From contig CAYNHV010000002.1 of NCBI GenBank assembly GCA_964397315.1, positions 23,167-87,166 of the forward strand: 64,000 nucleotides of DNA, given 5' to 3'. The notes beneath the pieces are model-generated. The model worked only from the letters and a program-made list of their open reading frames with translations, did not search any database and was not told the origin of the DNA. This stretch comes from an uncultured Methanosarcinales archaeon. Lineage in GTDB: Archaea; Nanobdellota; Nanobdellia; Woesearchaeales; UBA12501. Below are positions 11,700 to 21,142 of this stretch, one piece after another (position 1 is the first letter of the stretch; every line of letters starts with the position of its first letter). Both the position numbers and the translations under genes were made by a program.

Positions 11700-12110
11700 A
11701 GACAATCTCATGAGTGAGGATTATGAAAGGATAATGCTGCCCAGAGCATTATTTAAAGCTTATAATACCTCCTAAGATTGTCACTGCCCTGTTTATGAGC
11801 TTTAAGAATGATGCTAATTGTAAGAATGGAAATTCATCCAGATGTTGCCATCCACCCCCTTCAACAGCTTGAGCGCACCAACCACAGAAAGCACTTTAAG
11901 CATATCATCGGGCGGGCTTATCTATGGCAGGGGAGTGGAGTTGTGCGGAGACAGAAGGTGTGAACCTGCTCTCTGGTTGTGCAGAAGGGGCGGGATGTAC
12001 CAGGAATCATAACCATAAACAAACCACTCCAAGGGCGGGAGGACTCCGGAGTTAATAAGAATAGAATATCGTCTCCTCATCTTATATTATCTCCCCGCCT
12101 TTAATCCGCA
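11700..12110 (-). repeat. Modular intergenic repeat element, copy G (minus orientation)
   Basis: Reverse complement of 11882..11920 reads ataagcccgcccgatgatatgcttaaagtgctttctgtggttggtgcgctcaagctgttgaagggg. The reverse strand also carries ttatgattcctggtacatcccgcccc, ccgcacaactcc and aaacagggcagtgacaatc modules. Lies upstream of the minus-strand protease/RimK operon. Confidence 0.75.
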
Positions 12111-12143
12111 ACATTTATTAAATAATTTATCACCCTGTTTCCC

Positions 12144-12485
12144 ATGAGATGGGTACTCAGGTCCAAGATACACAAAGCCACAGTAACAAGGGCTGAGGTT
12201 GATTATGTGGGCAGCATAACAATAGACAGCAGCCTGATGGAAAAGGCAGGGATTATTGAAGGGGAGAAGGTTCTTGTTGTTGACAACACAAACGGAGCAA
12301 GGCTGGAGACATACGCAATGTCAGGCGAGAGGGGGAGCGGAGAGGTTGGGATAAACGGCGCTGCAGCACATCTTGTCAGGAAAGGCGATGAGATCATAAT
12401 AATGGGGTTTGAGCTTGCGGAAGGCCCTGTTGAGCAGAAGAAGATTCTTGTTGACAGCAGCAACAATTTTGTCAGGTTTCTTTAG
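12144..12485 (+). CDS. panD: Aspartate 1-decarboxylase (pyruvoyl-dependent)
   Basis: [22 protein letters not shown] (Gly-Ser self-cleavage site), [12 protein letters not shown] and GAAAHL match the PanD family. Length 113 aa. Confidence 0.8.
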   Translation: MRWVLRSKIHKATVTRAEVDYVGSITIDSSLMEKAGIIEGEKVLVVDNTNGARLETYAMSGERGSGEVGINGAAAHLVRKGDEIIIMGFELAEGPVEQKKILVDSSNNFVRFL

Positions 12486-12518
12486 GCATTATTCTTTGGT
12501 CACTCACGCAACATACAT

Positions 12519-14156
12519 TCACACCTGATCAAACAGTTTTAAAGCCCTTTCCCCCAGGGTAAGCAGGAATGACGCGAGTTTGGGCCCTCTCTCCCTCTTC
12601 AGCAGAACAAGGTATGCTGCCCTGAAAAAGTCTTTTACAGGCAGGCCAAGCTCCTCGCATATCTTGTAGAATTCACTGTGCAGCTCCTCTTCTGTGTGCC
12701 TGCTGCTTCTCACCTTTTCCGCAGCAGCCTTGAGGGCCTTTTTCTGCTTGTCACTGAGTTGGCTTTTTGTCTTATCATCCACTTCAGTCTGGAGCTCAAA
12801 CCTTGCTTCAGGAGGGGCGTGTTTCTTCAGCCAATTGTTGGCTTTCTCCAGCCTTTCAATTATCCTGTCCTTCTTGCCCTCCTCCCAATGGCCTGTCTTC
12901 TTCAGGGCATTGATCATGTCCTCCTGCCTCTCAAACAGCTGCGATACCAGGACAGCGTGGCTGAACCTCATCTTCAGTGGATCTTTAACCTCCCTGCCGT
13001 GGCTTATGTCAAAGAGCCTTCTGGTGTGCTCCTCTCTCCTGACATTATCCTCTTTTTTCTTTCCTGCAAAAAGCTCAGCAAGATGGTCGTACTCATCGTA
13101 AAGCTTCGGAAGGTCTGTCCATGAGAAGCTTCTTGTCTTCATCAGCCTCTTGTTGTAGAACAGCTTCAGGAGCTCTGGTGTCGCGACCTCAAGCCACTCT
13201 CTGGGGTAGATGACATTCCCTTCAGAGGCTGACATCTTCTTTCCCTCAACCATGAGGTGCTCGTAGAATATTGGCACTGGAAAGGGAAAGCCAAGGACCT
13301 TCTCGCATATCTCCGCATTCACCCAGAACGCGGAGTTGGGAACCTGGTATTCCTTTCCGGCTCCCTCTGAAACAACCTTCCACAGGTCCCACTGGGCAGC
13401 CCACTCTGACTTCCACATGAGCTTGCCCGCGTCCTTCAGAGGATCTGCTATGCCCTCATGGCCGCATCCCTTTGCTGTTGTCTTCTCAAACTTGTAATCC
13501 CCGCAGGTGTAATGCACCCTGCCGTCCTCAAGCTTTGATATTTTTGGAGTGGCTATCTTTCCGCAGTTCCCGCATATTGGGGTGAAGGGGCTCCATCCCT
13601 CAGGCAGTTCAGAGTCGCGGTACTTCCTCAGTATTGACTTGACCTCCTCTGCTTTCTGCATTATCTTTCTTATCTGCTCCCTGAAGCTGCCCTTCCTGTA
13701 TTCCTCCCTCATTGAGAACTTGTCCATCTTAACGTCAACAAACTCGTCTATAACCTTAAGGTACTCCTCGCGGTGGTGCTCTGCATAGCTTTTGTGGCAT
13801 CCCTCAGGGTCGGGTATGTCAGTCACGGGCATTCCGATGTAACTCTCGTACTCTTTAGGCATGCCCTCTGGAACCTTCCTTAAAGGATCCATGTCCTCTG
13901 ACACCCATATCAGCCTTGACTTAACTCCTGCATCCAGGAGGGCCTTATGCACAGAAGCTGAGCGTATAGTGTCAGAAAGCCTTCCTATGTGGAGCACCCC
14001 TGACAGTGAGGCAGATGTCTTTACAGTGAAGAGCGCTTTCCCTGGCAGAGCGCTGCTGAACCTGTCAATCGCCTCCTTGGCGATCTGGTCTGCCCAGAAG
14101 AGGGCTGAATCTCCTTTTTGGTCTTTCCTCTGGTCTTTTGCCTTGCTTTTGGCCAT
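12519..14156 (-). CDS. lysK: Lysyl-tRNA synthetase, class I (archaeal type)
   Basis: HIGH-like motif (GVLHIGRLSD), KMSAS (KMSKS variant) and a Cys-rich Zn-binding insertion (CGNCGK...YTCGDYKF...CGHEG). 545 aa. Confidence 0.8.
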   Translation of the reverse strand: MAKSKAKDQRKDQKGDSALFWADQIAKEAIDRFSSALPGKALFTVKTSASLSGVLHIGRLSDTIRSASVHKALLDAGVKSRLIWVSEDMDPLRKVPEGMPKEYESYIGMPVTDIPDPEGCHKSYAEHHREEYLKVIDEFVDVKMDKFSMREEYRKGSFREQIRKIMQKAEEVKSILRKYRDSELPEGWSPFTPICGNCGKIATPKISKLEDGRVHYTCGDYKFEKTTAKGCGHEGIADPLKDAGKLMWKSEWAAQWDLWKVVSEGAGKEYQVPNSAFWVNAEICEKVLGFPFPVPIFYEHLMVEGKKMSASEGNVIYPREWLEVATPELLKLFYNKRLMKTRSFSWTDLPKLYDEYDHLAELFAGKKKEDNVRREEHTRRLFDISHGREVKDPLKMRFSHAVLVSQLFERQEDMINALKKTGHWEEGKKDRIIERLEKANNWLKKHAPPEARFELQTEVDDKTKSQLSDKQKKALKAAAEKVRSSRHTEEELHSEFYKICEELGLPVKDFFRAAYLVLLKRERGPKLASFLLTLGERALKLFDQV

Positions 14157-14200
14157 TAAATCAAAAAAGAAACGGGTGTTTTTAAAGGTTTTTGTGGGGT

Positions 14201-15388
14201 TCAGAACTTCATCCCTTTTATCCTCTCTGCTGCTTTCCTACAGTCATCAAGAGATGCCACAAGAGAGAGCCTTACATAATTTCTGCCTGGATTCACACCA
14301 TCTGCCTCTTTTGATATCCATTCTCCCGGCGTAACCACAACTGCAATTTCAGGCTCAAGAAGCTTTTTTGCGAACTCTACTGAGGTCATTCCCTCAGGAG
14401 TCTTCTGCCAGATGTAGATCGTGCCTTCAGGCTCGCACCTCTCCAGCCCGGCCTTCTCAAACGCGTCAACAAGGATGTCCCTCTTCTTCCTGTAATCCTC
14501 GCGGAATGATTCAACATGGCTCTCGTCAGAGAGGGCTGCTATTGCGGCATCCTGTATGAATGTGGGTGTTCCTGAATCAATGTTTGTCTTCAGCTTCTTG
14601 AACACAGAAACAAGCTTCTCATCACCGCAAACCCAGCCCACGCGGTAGCAGGTCATGTTGCTCCTCTTTGAAAGGCTCTGGAAAACCGCAACGCCTTTCT
14701 TCGCAACCTCAAGTATTGACATCGGCTTTTTGCCATAATAGTTCTCTGTGTAGGGCTCGTCAGAGCAGATGAGTATGTTGTTCCTGTCAGCCCACTCAAC
14801 AAGCTTCTCATAGAACTCTTTTGTGGCGAGCTTTGCTGTGGGATTGTTCGGGTAATTAACCCATATTATCCTGGCCTTCTCCGCAATCTCAGGAGGTATT
14901 GAGTCAATGTCTGGCAGGAAGTTGTTCTCAGGAAGGAGATTCATGTAATATGTTTTCCCTCCTGCAAACATGGTGCCTCTTGAGTAAGGCGGATAGCCCG
15001 GATTGGGAACAAGGACATAATCGCCTGGCTCAAGGAATGCATTGGGAAAGTTGAACACAGCCTCTTTTGAGCCTATTGTTGAGCATATCTCCTTGTCAGG
15101 GTCAAGCTCTACACTGAATCTTTTCTTCATCCACTCTGCTATTTTTTCCCTGTACTCCGCCTCCCCCTCATAGCTGGGGTATCCTGCTGATTTTCTCTTA
15201 TCAACTGCTTTTTTGCAGGCATCCCTTATCACCTCTGGAGTGGGATCCTGAGGGTCTCCAACTCCCAGGTCTATAGGCTCTATGCCCTTTTCCTTCAGAT
15301 CCTTAACTTTCTTGTCCACTTCTGCAAAAGCATAGCCTCCAAGAGCTCTTATCTTCTCATTAGGTGCTGCTTCCTTAATTCCAGCCAT
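14201..15388 (-). CDS. dapL: PLP-dependent class I aminotransferase, probable LL-diaminopimelate aminotransferase
   Basis: Aminotransferase class I/II fold (395 aa), co-oriented and adjacent to dapF/lysA in the DAP cluster. Assignment to DapL is by context. Confidence 0.6.
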   Translation of the reverse strand: MAGIKEAAPNEKIRALGGYAFAEVDKKVKDLKEKGIEPIDLGVGDPQDPTPEVIRDACKKAVDKRKSAGYPSYEGEAEYREKIAEWMKKRFSVELDPDKEICSTIGSKEAVFNFPNAFLEPGDYVLVPNPGYPPYSRGTMFAGGKTYYMNLLPENNFLPDIDSIPPEIAEKARIIWVNYPNNPTAKLATKEFYEKLVEWADRNNILICSDEPYTENYYGKKPMSILEVAKKGVAVFQSLSKRSNMTCYRVGWVCGDEKLVSVFKKLKTNIDSGTPTFIQDAAIAALSDESHVESFREDYRKKRDILVDAFEKAGLERCEPEGTIYIWQKTPEGMTSVEFAKKLLEPEIAVVVTPGEWISKEADGVNPGRNYVRLSLVASLDDCRKAAERIKGMKF

Positions 15389-15429
15389 GTTATCATAACC
15401 TCCTAAAATTCATTTTATCATTCTATCAT

Positions 15430-16200
15430 TCATTTGATGTACTCTGCATTGCCTGTCATCATTATATGCCCTGACGAGCTGTCCCAGTTTATGACAAGAT
15501 CTCCCCCCCTGAGATGGACTGTGATGTCAGTGTTCCTGCCTGCCTCTCCTGCTGTGACTGCGGCTGCTACAGCAGCGCATGCCCCTGTACCGCAGGCCAT
15601 TGTCTCTCCTGCCCCGCGCTCCCAGACTCTTATGTTAAGCTCTTTATCATTAACAACCTCCACGAACTCAACATTGGTCCTGTCAGGAAACATCTCATGC
15701 TTTTCTATCTCAGGGCCTATGCCAAGCACAAGCTGGTCTGTTATGCTGTCAGTGAATATCACACAGTGGGGGTTTCCCATGGACACCTCTGTGATCTCAA
15801 GGCTATAACCTCCTGCGCTTATGGTCTCTCCTGTCCTGCCTAAGACCGGCTTTCCCATGTCCACCTTAACCATGTTCTCTGACACCATTTCAGGCACTAT
15901 TATTCCCGCCTTTGTCTCCACATTGAAGCTTTTCTTTTTTGTCATGCTCCTGTCATGGACATATCTTGCAAAGCATCTTATGCCATTGCCGCACATCTCA
16001 GCCTCTGAGCCGTCAGGGTTGAATATTCTCATCCTGAAGTCAGCTTCAGCTTTCTCAGAGAACATCACAAGAATCATGCCGTCAACATTCTCTTCCCTGC
16101 AGAGCTCAACAGCGGTTATGGCGGGATTTCTGAGCTCCTCTTCTGTCGCGTCTATTATGATGAACCTGTTCTGAGTGCCGTGCATCCTTGTGTATTCCAT
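15430..16200 (-). CDS. dapF: Diaminopimelate epimerase
   Basis: Catalytic-cysteine motifs GNGIRCFARYV and ACGTGACA. 256 aa. Confidence 0.85.
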   Translation of the reverse strand: MEYTRMHGTQNRFIIIDATEEELRNPAITAVELCREENVDGMILVMFSEKAEADFRMRIFNPDGSEAEMCGNGIRCFARYVHDRSMTKKKSFNVETKAGIIVPEMVSENMVKVDMGKPVLGRTGETISAGGYSLEITEVSMGNPHCVIFTDSITDQLVLGIGPEIEKHEMFPDRTNVEFVEVVNDKELNIRVWERGAGETMACGTGACAAVAAAVTAGEAGRNTDITVHLRGGDLVINWDSSSGHIMMTGNAEYIK

Positions 16201-16204
16201 GCTA

Positions 16205-17485
16205 TCAGTCCTGCACTGCAGTGGCCATCATGTCATCAAATGTCTCTCTTCTTCTTATCATCCTGGCCTTCCCGCTGCTCACCATGACCTCCGCCGGCCT
16301 TGGCCTGGTGTTGTAGTTTGATGACATTGAGTAGCCGTACGCCCCTGCATTAAGTATGGCCAGTATGTCACCTTCTTCCACTCTTGTTATCTCCCTGTCC
16401 TCAATGCCCTCCTCTGACTGGGTGAATACGTCGCCTGACTCGCAGATGTTGCCTGCAACAACAATCTTCTCCTTCTCTCCCTCAACCCTTGATGCGTTGA
16501 TTATGGAGTGGTAGCTGCCGTACATTGCCGGCCTTATGAGGTGGTTGAATCCTGAGTCAGTGCCCACAAAGACATGATTGGGTGTCTCTTTCCTGTTGCT
16601 GGCTGTGGCAAGAAGATATCCTGCTTCTGCGACAATGTACCTGCCGGGCTCTATTGCCATGTCAGGCTCGCTCCCATAGCTGTCGCAGAACTCCCTGAAA
16701 AGCCCTGATATCTCCTTCCCGAATTTCTGGATGTCAATCTGCTTCTCCTCAGGCCTGTAGGGAACCCCTATCCCCCCTCCAAAGTCAATGAATTCAAGGC
16801 CCTCAAACTGGCCTGCGGTTTTCAGGAGCATTCTCATTGCTTTCTTGAATGTCTCAGTGTCAAGTATTCCTGATCCTATGTGGGTGTGTATTCCCCTTAT
16901 CCTGAGGCCGCGCTTTTCTGCTGCTGACTTTATCTCATTTACCATGTCATGGTAGATTCCGAACTTTGAGTCAGGCCCGCCTGTTATGCAGTGGGAGTGA
17001 TGGCCTGCTCCCACGTCAGGGTTTATTCTTACTGAGATGTCCGCGCCGCTGTTGAGCCTGCCGTACCTCTCCATTTGCGAGAGCGAGCCTATGTTCACCA
17101 TGATGCTGTTGTCAATGCAGTGCTTCATGTCCTCGTCTGTAGCATTGTTTCCTGTGTAGAGTATCCTTTCAGGAGGGAAGCCGCACCTGAGCGCCACGTC
17201 AACCTCTCCTGGAGAGACTGCATCAACGTAAGCTCCCCTGTCAAGAAGCAGCTTCATTACCGCAGGGTTGGTGTTCGCCTTGCACGCGTAGTATATCCTT
17301 TTCCTGGGCCATGTTATTGCCCTGTCAAGATCGTCATATCTCTGCTTTATTATCCTCTCATCATAAGCGTAGATGGGGCTTCCGAACTCCCTTACAAGAT
17401 CCTCTGCGCTCGCTCCGCCTATGAGCAGCTTGTTGTTTTTTGTTTCCATGATGTCACCCTCATTAAGGCTGTTCCTTGCCTGCAT
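16205..17485 (-). CDS. lysA: Diaminopimelate decarboxylase (start may be an internal Met)
   Basis: Orn/DAP/Arg decarboxylase family II; PLP-lysine region YYACKAN; EPGRY and CESGD motifs. Confidence 0.9.
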   Translation of the reverse strand: MQARNSLNEGDIMETKNNKLLIGGASAEDLVREFGSPIYAYDERIIKQRYDDLDRAITWPRKRIYYACKANTNPAVMKLLLDRGAYVDAVSPGEVDVALRCGFPPERILYTGNNATDEDMKHCIDNSIMVNIGSLSQMERYGRLNSGADISVRINPDVGAGHHSHCITGGPDSKFGIYHDMVNEIKSAAEKRGLRIRGIHTHIGSGILDTETFKKAMRMLLKTAGQFEGLEFIDFGGGIGVPYRPEEKQIDIQKFGKEISGLFREFCDSYGSEPDMAIEPGRYIVAEAGYLLATASNRKETPNHVFVGTDSGFNHLIRPAMYGSYHSIINASRVEGEKEKIVVAGNICESGDVFTQSEEGIEDREITRVEEGDILAILNAGAYGYSMSSNYNTRPRPAEVMVSSGKARMIRRRETFDDMMATAVQD

Positions 17486-17569
17486 TTAAATAATTTTCCG
17501 GCTATAAGGGGATAATGCTCTGGCAGTTTTTCTCCAGCCGCTCCAACCATTAAAGAGATGTATTTTTGT

Positions 17570-17925
17570 TGAATCCTCATGGTAATCCATGTCCTTTTAG
17601 TGAGGAAATGTTTAAGTTAGTAATTCCTGGTGCTCCCCTGAGGGATAATAGATTTATGATAATAACTCCTGGTACTTCCCACCCTTACTGCAGAACCAGA
17701 CAGCGGGCTTACTGCTTCTGAAACAGCACAACTTCGCTCTTCTCTTTCCAATAAGCCCGCCCCTTAATTTGCTTGGGTGCGCTCTGGCTGGGGTTTGTGC
17801 TCTCAGGCTGTGTATGGGGGCGGGGAGGCGAGCGAAGCAGTTGTAACTCTGAACATGGCGGCGGCAATGTCAGGAAGATCTGTTATCCCTGGCTTAACCT
17901 GTCTCTTGTGAGCCCTGGCAAACTC
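17570..17925 (+). repeat. Modular intergenic repeat element, copy B (more diverged)
   Basis: Modules present: ataataactcctggtacttcccacccttactgcagaacc...cacaacttcgctcttctctttccaataagcccgcc...gggggcgggg...tgtaactctgaacatggcggcggcaatgtcaggaag. The catatgctta stem is degraded. Lies between the lysA start and the asd stop. Confidence 0.7.
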
Positions 17926-18950
17926 TATTTATCCTTGTTCTTTCTTATTATAAATTCTGCTATCTGCACTGCATTCAGCGCAGCTCCCTTTAGCAGCTGG
18001 TCTCCTGAGACAAAGAACTCAACGCTGTTCTTTCCCAGCACTATGTTGTTCCTTATCCTTCCAACCTCAACATCGCTTTTTTTAGTGGATGTGAGAGGCA
18101 TTGGATATATGCTGCCGGAGGGATCATCCCTTACTTCAACTCCTTCTGTATCCTCAAGCAGCTCCCTGAGCTTTCCTGTGTCAACAGGCTTCTCTGTTTC
18201 CGCAATTATGCTCTCTGAGTGGGCCCTCATGGTGGGTATCCTCACTGCAGTGCATGATATGGGAAGTGAGGGGGTGTTGAATATCTTTCTTGTCTCCCAC
18301 ACCACCTTCATCTCCTCTTTTGTGTAATCATTGTCCTGGAAAGAGTCTATGTGGGGTATGACATTGAATGCTATTGGGTGCTGGAATACCTCATGGCCCG
18401 GCTCTTTTCCCTCAAGCCAGTTCCTTGTCTCTTTCTCAAGCTCTTCCATCCCCCCGTTGCCAGCTCCGCTTGCTGCCTGGTAGGTGGATACAAAAACTTT
18501 CTTCAGGCTGAAATTCCTGTGTACGACCCATAGGGGTATTGCAGCTATTGCTGTGGTGCAGTTGGGGTTTGCTATCAGCTTTGAATCGCCTATTGCCTCA
18601 GGGTTTATCTCAGGCACCACAAGAGGGACGTTCTTCTCATATCTGAAAGCTGATGAGTTGTCTATCACAATGCACCCCTGCTCTGCTACCCTGCCTGCGT
18701 TCTCTTTTGACCATGAGCTGCTTATTGCAAAGAACGCTATGTCCAGGTCTGAGTAATCTGCATTTGAGGAGTCCTCCACAACAAGCTCTCCCTGAGGAGT
18801 CTCAATCTTTTTTCCTGCTGACCTTGAGGATGCGAACAGCCTCAGTGAAGAGAAGGGAACCTTCCTCTCAAGAATCACCTTGATGAGCTCCTTTCCCACT
18901 GCCCCTGTTGCTCCGAATATACCTATCCTTGGCCTGCCCATGTCCCTCAT
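17925..18950 (-). CDS. asd: Aspartate-semialdehyde dehydrogenase
   Basis: NAD(P)-binding IGIFGATGAVG; active-site region NPNCTT; 341 aa. Confidence 0.9.
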   Translation of the reverse strand: MRDMGRPRIGIFGATGAVGKELIKVILERKVPFSSLRLFASSRSAGKKIETPQGELVVEDSSNADYSDLDIAFFAISSSWSKENAGRVAEQGCIVIDNSSAFRYEKNVPLVVPEINPEAIGDSKLIANPNCTTAIAAIPLWVVHRNFSLKKVFVSTYQAASGAGNGGMEELEKETRNWLEGKEPGHEVFQHPIAFNVIPHIDSFQDNDYTKEEMKVVWETRKIFNTPSLPISCTAVRIPTMRAHSESIIAETEKPVDTGKLRELLEDTEGVEVRDDPSGSIYPMPLTSTKKSDVEVGRIRNNIVLGKNSVEFFVSGDQLLKGAALNAVQIAEFIIRKNKDK

Positions 18951-18967
18951 TTTCTAGCACCCCTCAA

Positions 18968-19858
18968 TCATGCAAGCTTCATGCCCCTCATGACTTCCTT
19001 CAGCTTCTCAATGTTCTCATCCCTCATTCTGCACAAGGGCAGCCTGTATCCTCCTGCAGGCAGGCCCTTGATGTTCATTGCCTCCTTTATGGGGATTGGA
19101 TTTGTCTCAAGGAAGCACGCCTTGAAGAAGGGCAGCAGCCTGAAGTGCTCCTTTCTTCCCCCCTCCATGTCTCCATTCAGCATTGCGTCACAAAGGCCCG
19201 CCATCTCTGCAGGCATTATGTTTGAGGTCACTGATATAACACCATGGCCTCCGAGGGCCATGAGGGGGAATGTCATTGCATCGTCTCCTGCAAGCACCCT
19301 GAAGCCAGGTATCTGGTGGATAACATCTGTTATCTGGCTTATGCTGCCTGAAGCCTCCTTCACTGCCTTGATGTTGTCAAGGTCCGCAAGCCTTTTCATC
19401 ACTGGAGTCTCTATGTTCTTCCCTGTCCTTCCTGCTATGTTGTATACTATGATGGGTATGCTGACATTGTCATTCACTTCCTTGAAGTGCCTGTATATGC
19501 CCTCTTCAGTGGGCTTGTTGTAGTACGGCGTCACCACAAGGAGCGCGTCTGCTCCGAGCTCTTCTGCCTTTTTTGATTCCTCAACTGTCTTCTCAGTGCT
19601 GTTCGTCCCTGTCCCTGCTATTACAGGCACTTTTCCTTTTGCCTCCTCCACTGATGCCTTTACAAGCTGCTCCTTTTCCTCAGGCTTTAGAGTGGGTGTC
19701 TCTCCTGTTGTTCCAAGCACCACAAGCCCTTTTATGCCGTTCTTCATCTGGTATTTCAGGTTCTCCCTGAAACCCTCATAATCAACTTCCCCGTCTTCTG
19801 TGAAGGGTGTTACCAGGGCTGTCATCACCCCTTCAAGCTTCAGTTCTGCCATAAACAA
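18968..19858 (-). CDS. dapA: 4-hydroxy-tetrahydrodipicolinate synthase
   Basis: DHDPS family: GTTGE, Schiff-base lysine region (IKAVKEASG); 296 aa. Confidence 0.9.
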   Translation of the reverse strand: MFMAELKLEGVMTALVTPFTEDGEVDYEGFRENLKYQMKNGIKGLVVLGTTGETPTLKPEEKEQLVKASVEEAKGKVPVIAGTGTNSTEKTVEESKKAEELGADALLVVTPYYNKPTEEGIYRHFKEVNDNVSIPIIVYNIAGRTGKNIETPVMKRLADLDNIKAVKEASGSISQITDVIHQIPGFRVLAGDDAMTFPLMALGGHGVISVTSNIMPAEMAGLCDAMLNGDMEGGRKEHFRLLPFFKACFLETNPIPIKEAMNIKGLPAGGYRLPLCRMRDENIEKLKEVMRGMKLA

Positions 19859-19905
19859 GCACCTCCGTATGCTTTTTGCTGTGTTTTTTCAGCCTTATTG
19901 CAGGC

Positions 19906-20655
19906 TCATTTTATGATGTCCTTCATCATGTCATTTATGTCAAAAAAGCCCTTCCTGCCTTTTATCCATTCAGCAGCGAGCACTGCTCCGAGAGCGAACC
20001 CTGACCTGTTCCTTGCAGTGTGCTTCAGCTCTATTGTGTCAGCCTGGCTGTCAAATCCCACAATGTGGGTTCCGGGAATGCTTCCGGCTCTTGTGCTGCT
20101 GACGTGCAGCTGCTCCCTGCCTATCCTCTCATGGCACGCTTCTGTGAGCATACTCTTCTTTCTTTTTATGTTCTCAAGCAGGATATTCCCTATTGACTGC
20201 GCTGTGCCGCTGGGGCTGTCCGCCTTCTGGTTGTGGTGGAGCTCGTGGCAGAAAACGTCATAGTCCTCCATACTGTCCATTATCCTTGAGGCGTTCTCCA
20301 CTATCCTGAAGAATATGTTGACTCCGAGGGAGAAGTTTGACGCCCATATCAGCCCCGCGTTGTTTTCCTCAATTATTTTCCTGACCTCATCCTTCCGGTC
20401 ATACCATCCTGTGGTGCCCACGACAATGCTCTTTCCCATTCCTGCCAGCCTTTTGATGTTGTCAATTATCACGTCAGGATGGGTGAACTCAATAGCCACG
20501 TCCACGCCGTCCATTGACTTCTCGTCAATGTCTTTTGCTGTTGCTCCCTCTGCTTTTGGGTCCACTGTTGACTTCACCTCCAGCCCCTTTTCATTGGCTA
20601 TCTTCTCTATCTCCTTCCCCATCTTTCCGTAGCCTATGATTGCTATGTTTGCCAT
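19906..20655 (-). CDS. dapB: 4-hydroxy-tetrahydrodipicolinate reductase
   Basis: N-terminal Rossmann IAIIGYGKMG and DapB C-terminal domain; 249 aa. Confidence 0.9.
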   Translation of the reverse strand: MANIAIIGYGKMGKEIEKIANEKGLEVKSTVDPKAEGATAKDIDEKSMDGVDVAIEFTHPDVIIDNIKRLAGMGKSIVVGTTGWYDRKDEVRKIIEENNAGLIWASNFSLGVNIFFRIVENASRIMDSMEDYDVFCHELHHNQKADSPSGTAQSIGNILLENIKRKKSMLTEACHERIGREQLHVSSTRAGSIPGTHIVGFDSQADTIELKHTARNRSGFALGAVLAAEWIKGRKGFFDINDMMKDIIK

Positions 20656-20664
20656 TATTCCACC

Positions 20665-21069
20665 TCACTGGATTTCCTTCATGACAGGCATTGTCTCTGT
20701 TGATGCAACGCCCCTTATTGACCTTATGCTGTCAACAAGCCTGTTGGTCTCTTCAAGGCTTCTTGTTTTTATGAAGCATATAATGTCTGATTTTCCCGCC
20801 ACCTCAAGCACGCCGGACGCGCCGAGCTTCTTTATCTCCTCAGCTGTCTTCCTTGTGCTGACACTTGTGCTTGTGCTCACCATTATTACTGAAGATGCCT
20901 GGCCCGCAGTGTCAATGGTGAATCTCTTTATGACTCCCTTTTTTACAAGGCTTCTCACCCTGTTTCTTATGGTGCCCTCTGACACGCCGGCCTCTTCTGC
21001 TATCCTCAGAAAGGGAGTTCTGGAGTTCTCCCTGAGCATTCTGATTATCATCTCATCAGTTGATTTCAT
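20665..21069 (-). CDS. Lrp/AsnC-family transcriptional regulator (start taken at the internal Met; ORF extends to 21180)
   Basis: HTH MIIRMLRENSRTPFLRIAEEAGVSEGTIRNRV plus a C-terminal RAM domain. Located between dapB and lysC. Confidence 0.65.
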   Translation of the reverse strand: MKSTDEMIIRMLRENSRTPFLRIAEEAGVSEGTIRNRVRSLVKKGVIKRFTIDTAGQASSVIMVSTSTSVSTRKTAEEIKKLGASGVLEVAGKSDIICFIKTRSLEETNRLVDSIRSIRGVASTETMPVMKEIQ

Positions 21070-21142
21070 GATTATCTCTCCTGCAACACCCACCCCATAC
21101 ATCTTCCAGCTTAAGTGCTGGATTAGGTTATAAGTTTTTCGC

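Noticed and set aside
12678-13124. Plus-strand ORFs (148 aa and 135 aa) within lysK
   Set aside because: Antisense to the class-I LysRS gene; hydrophobic low-complexity translations.
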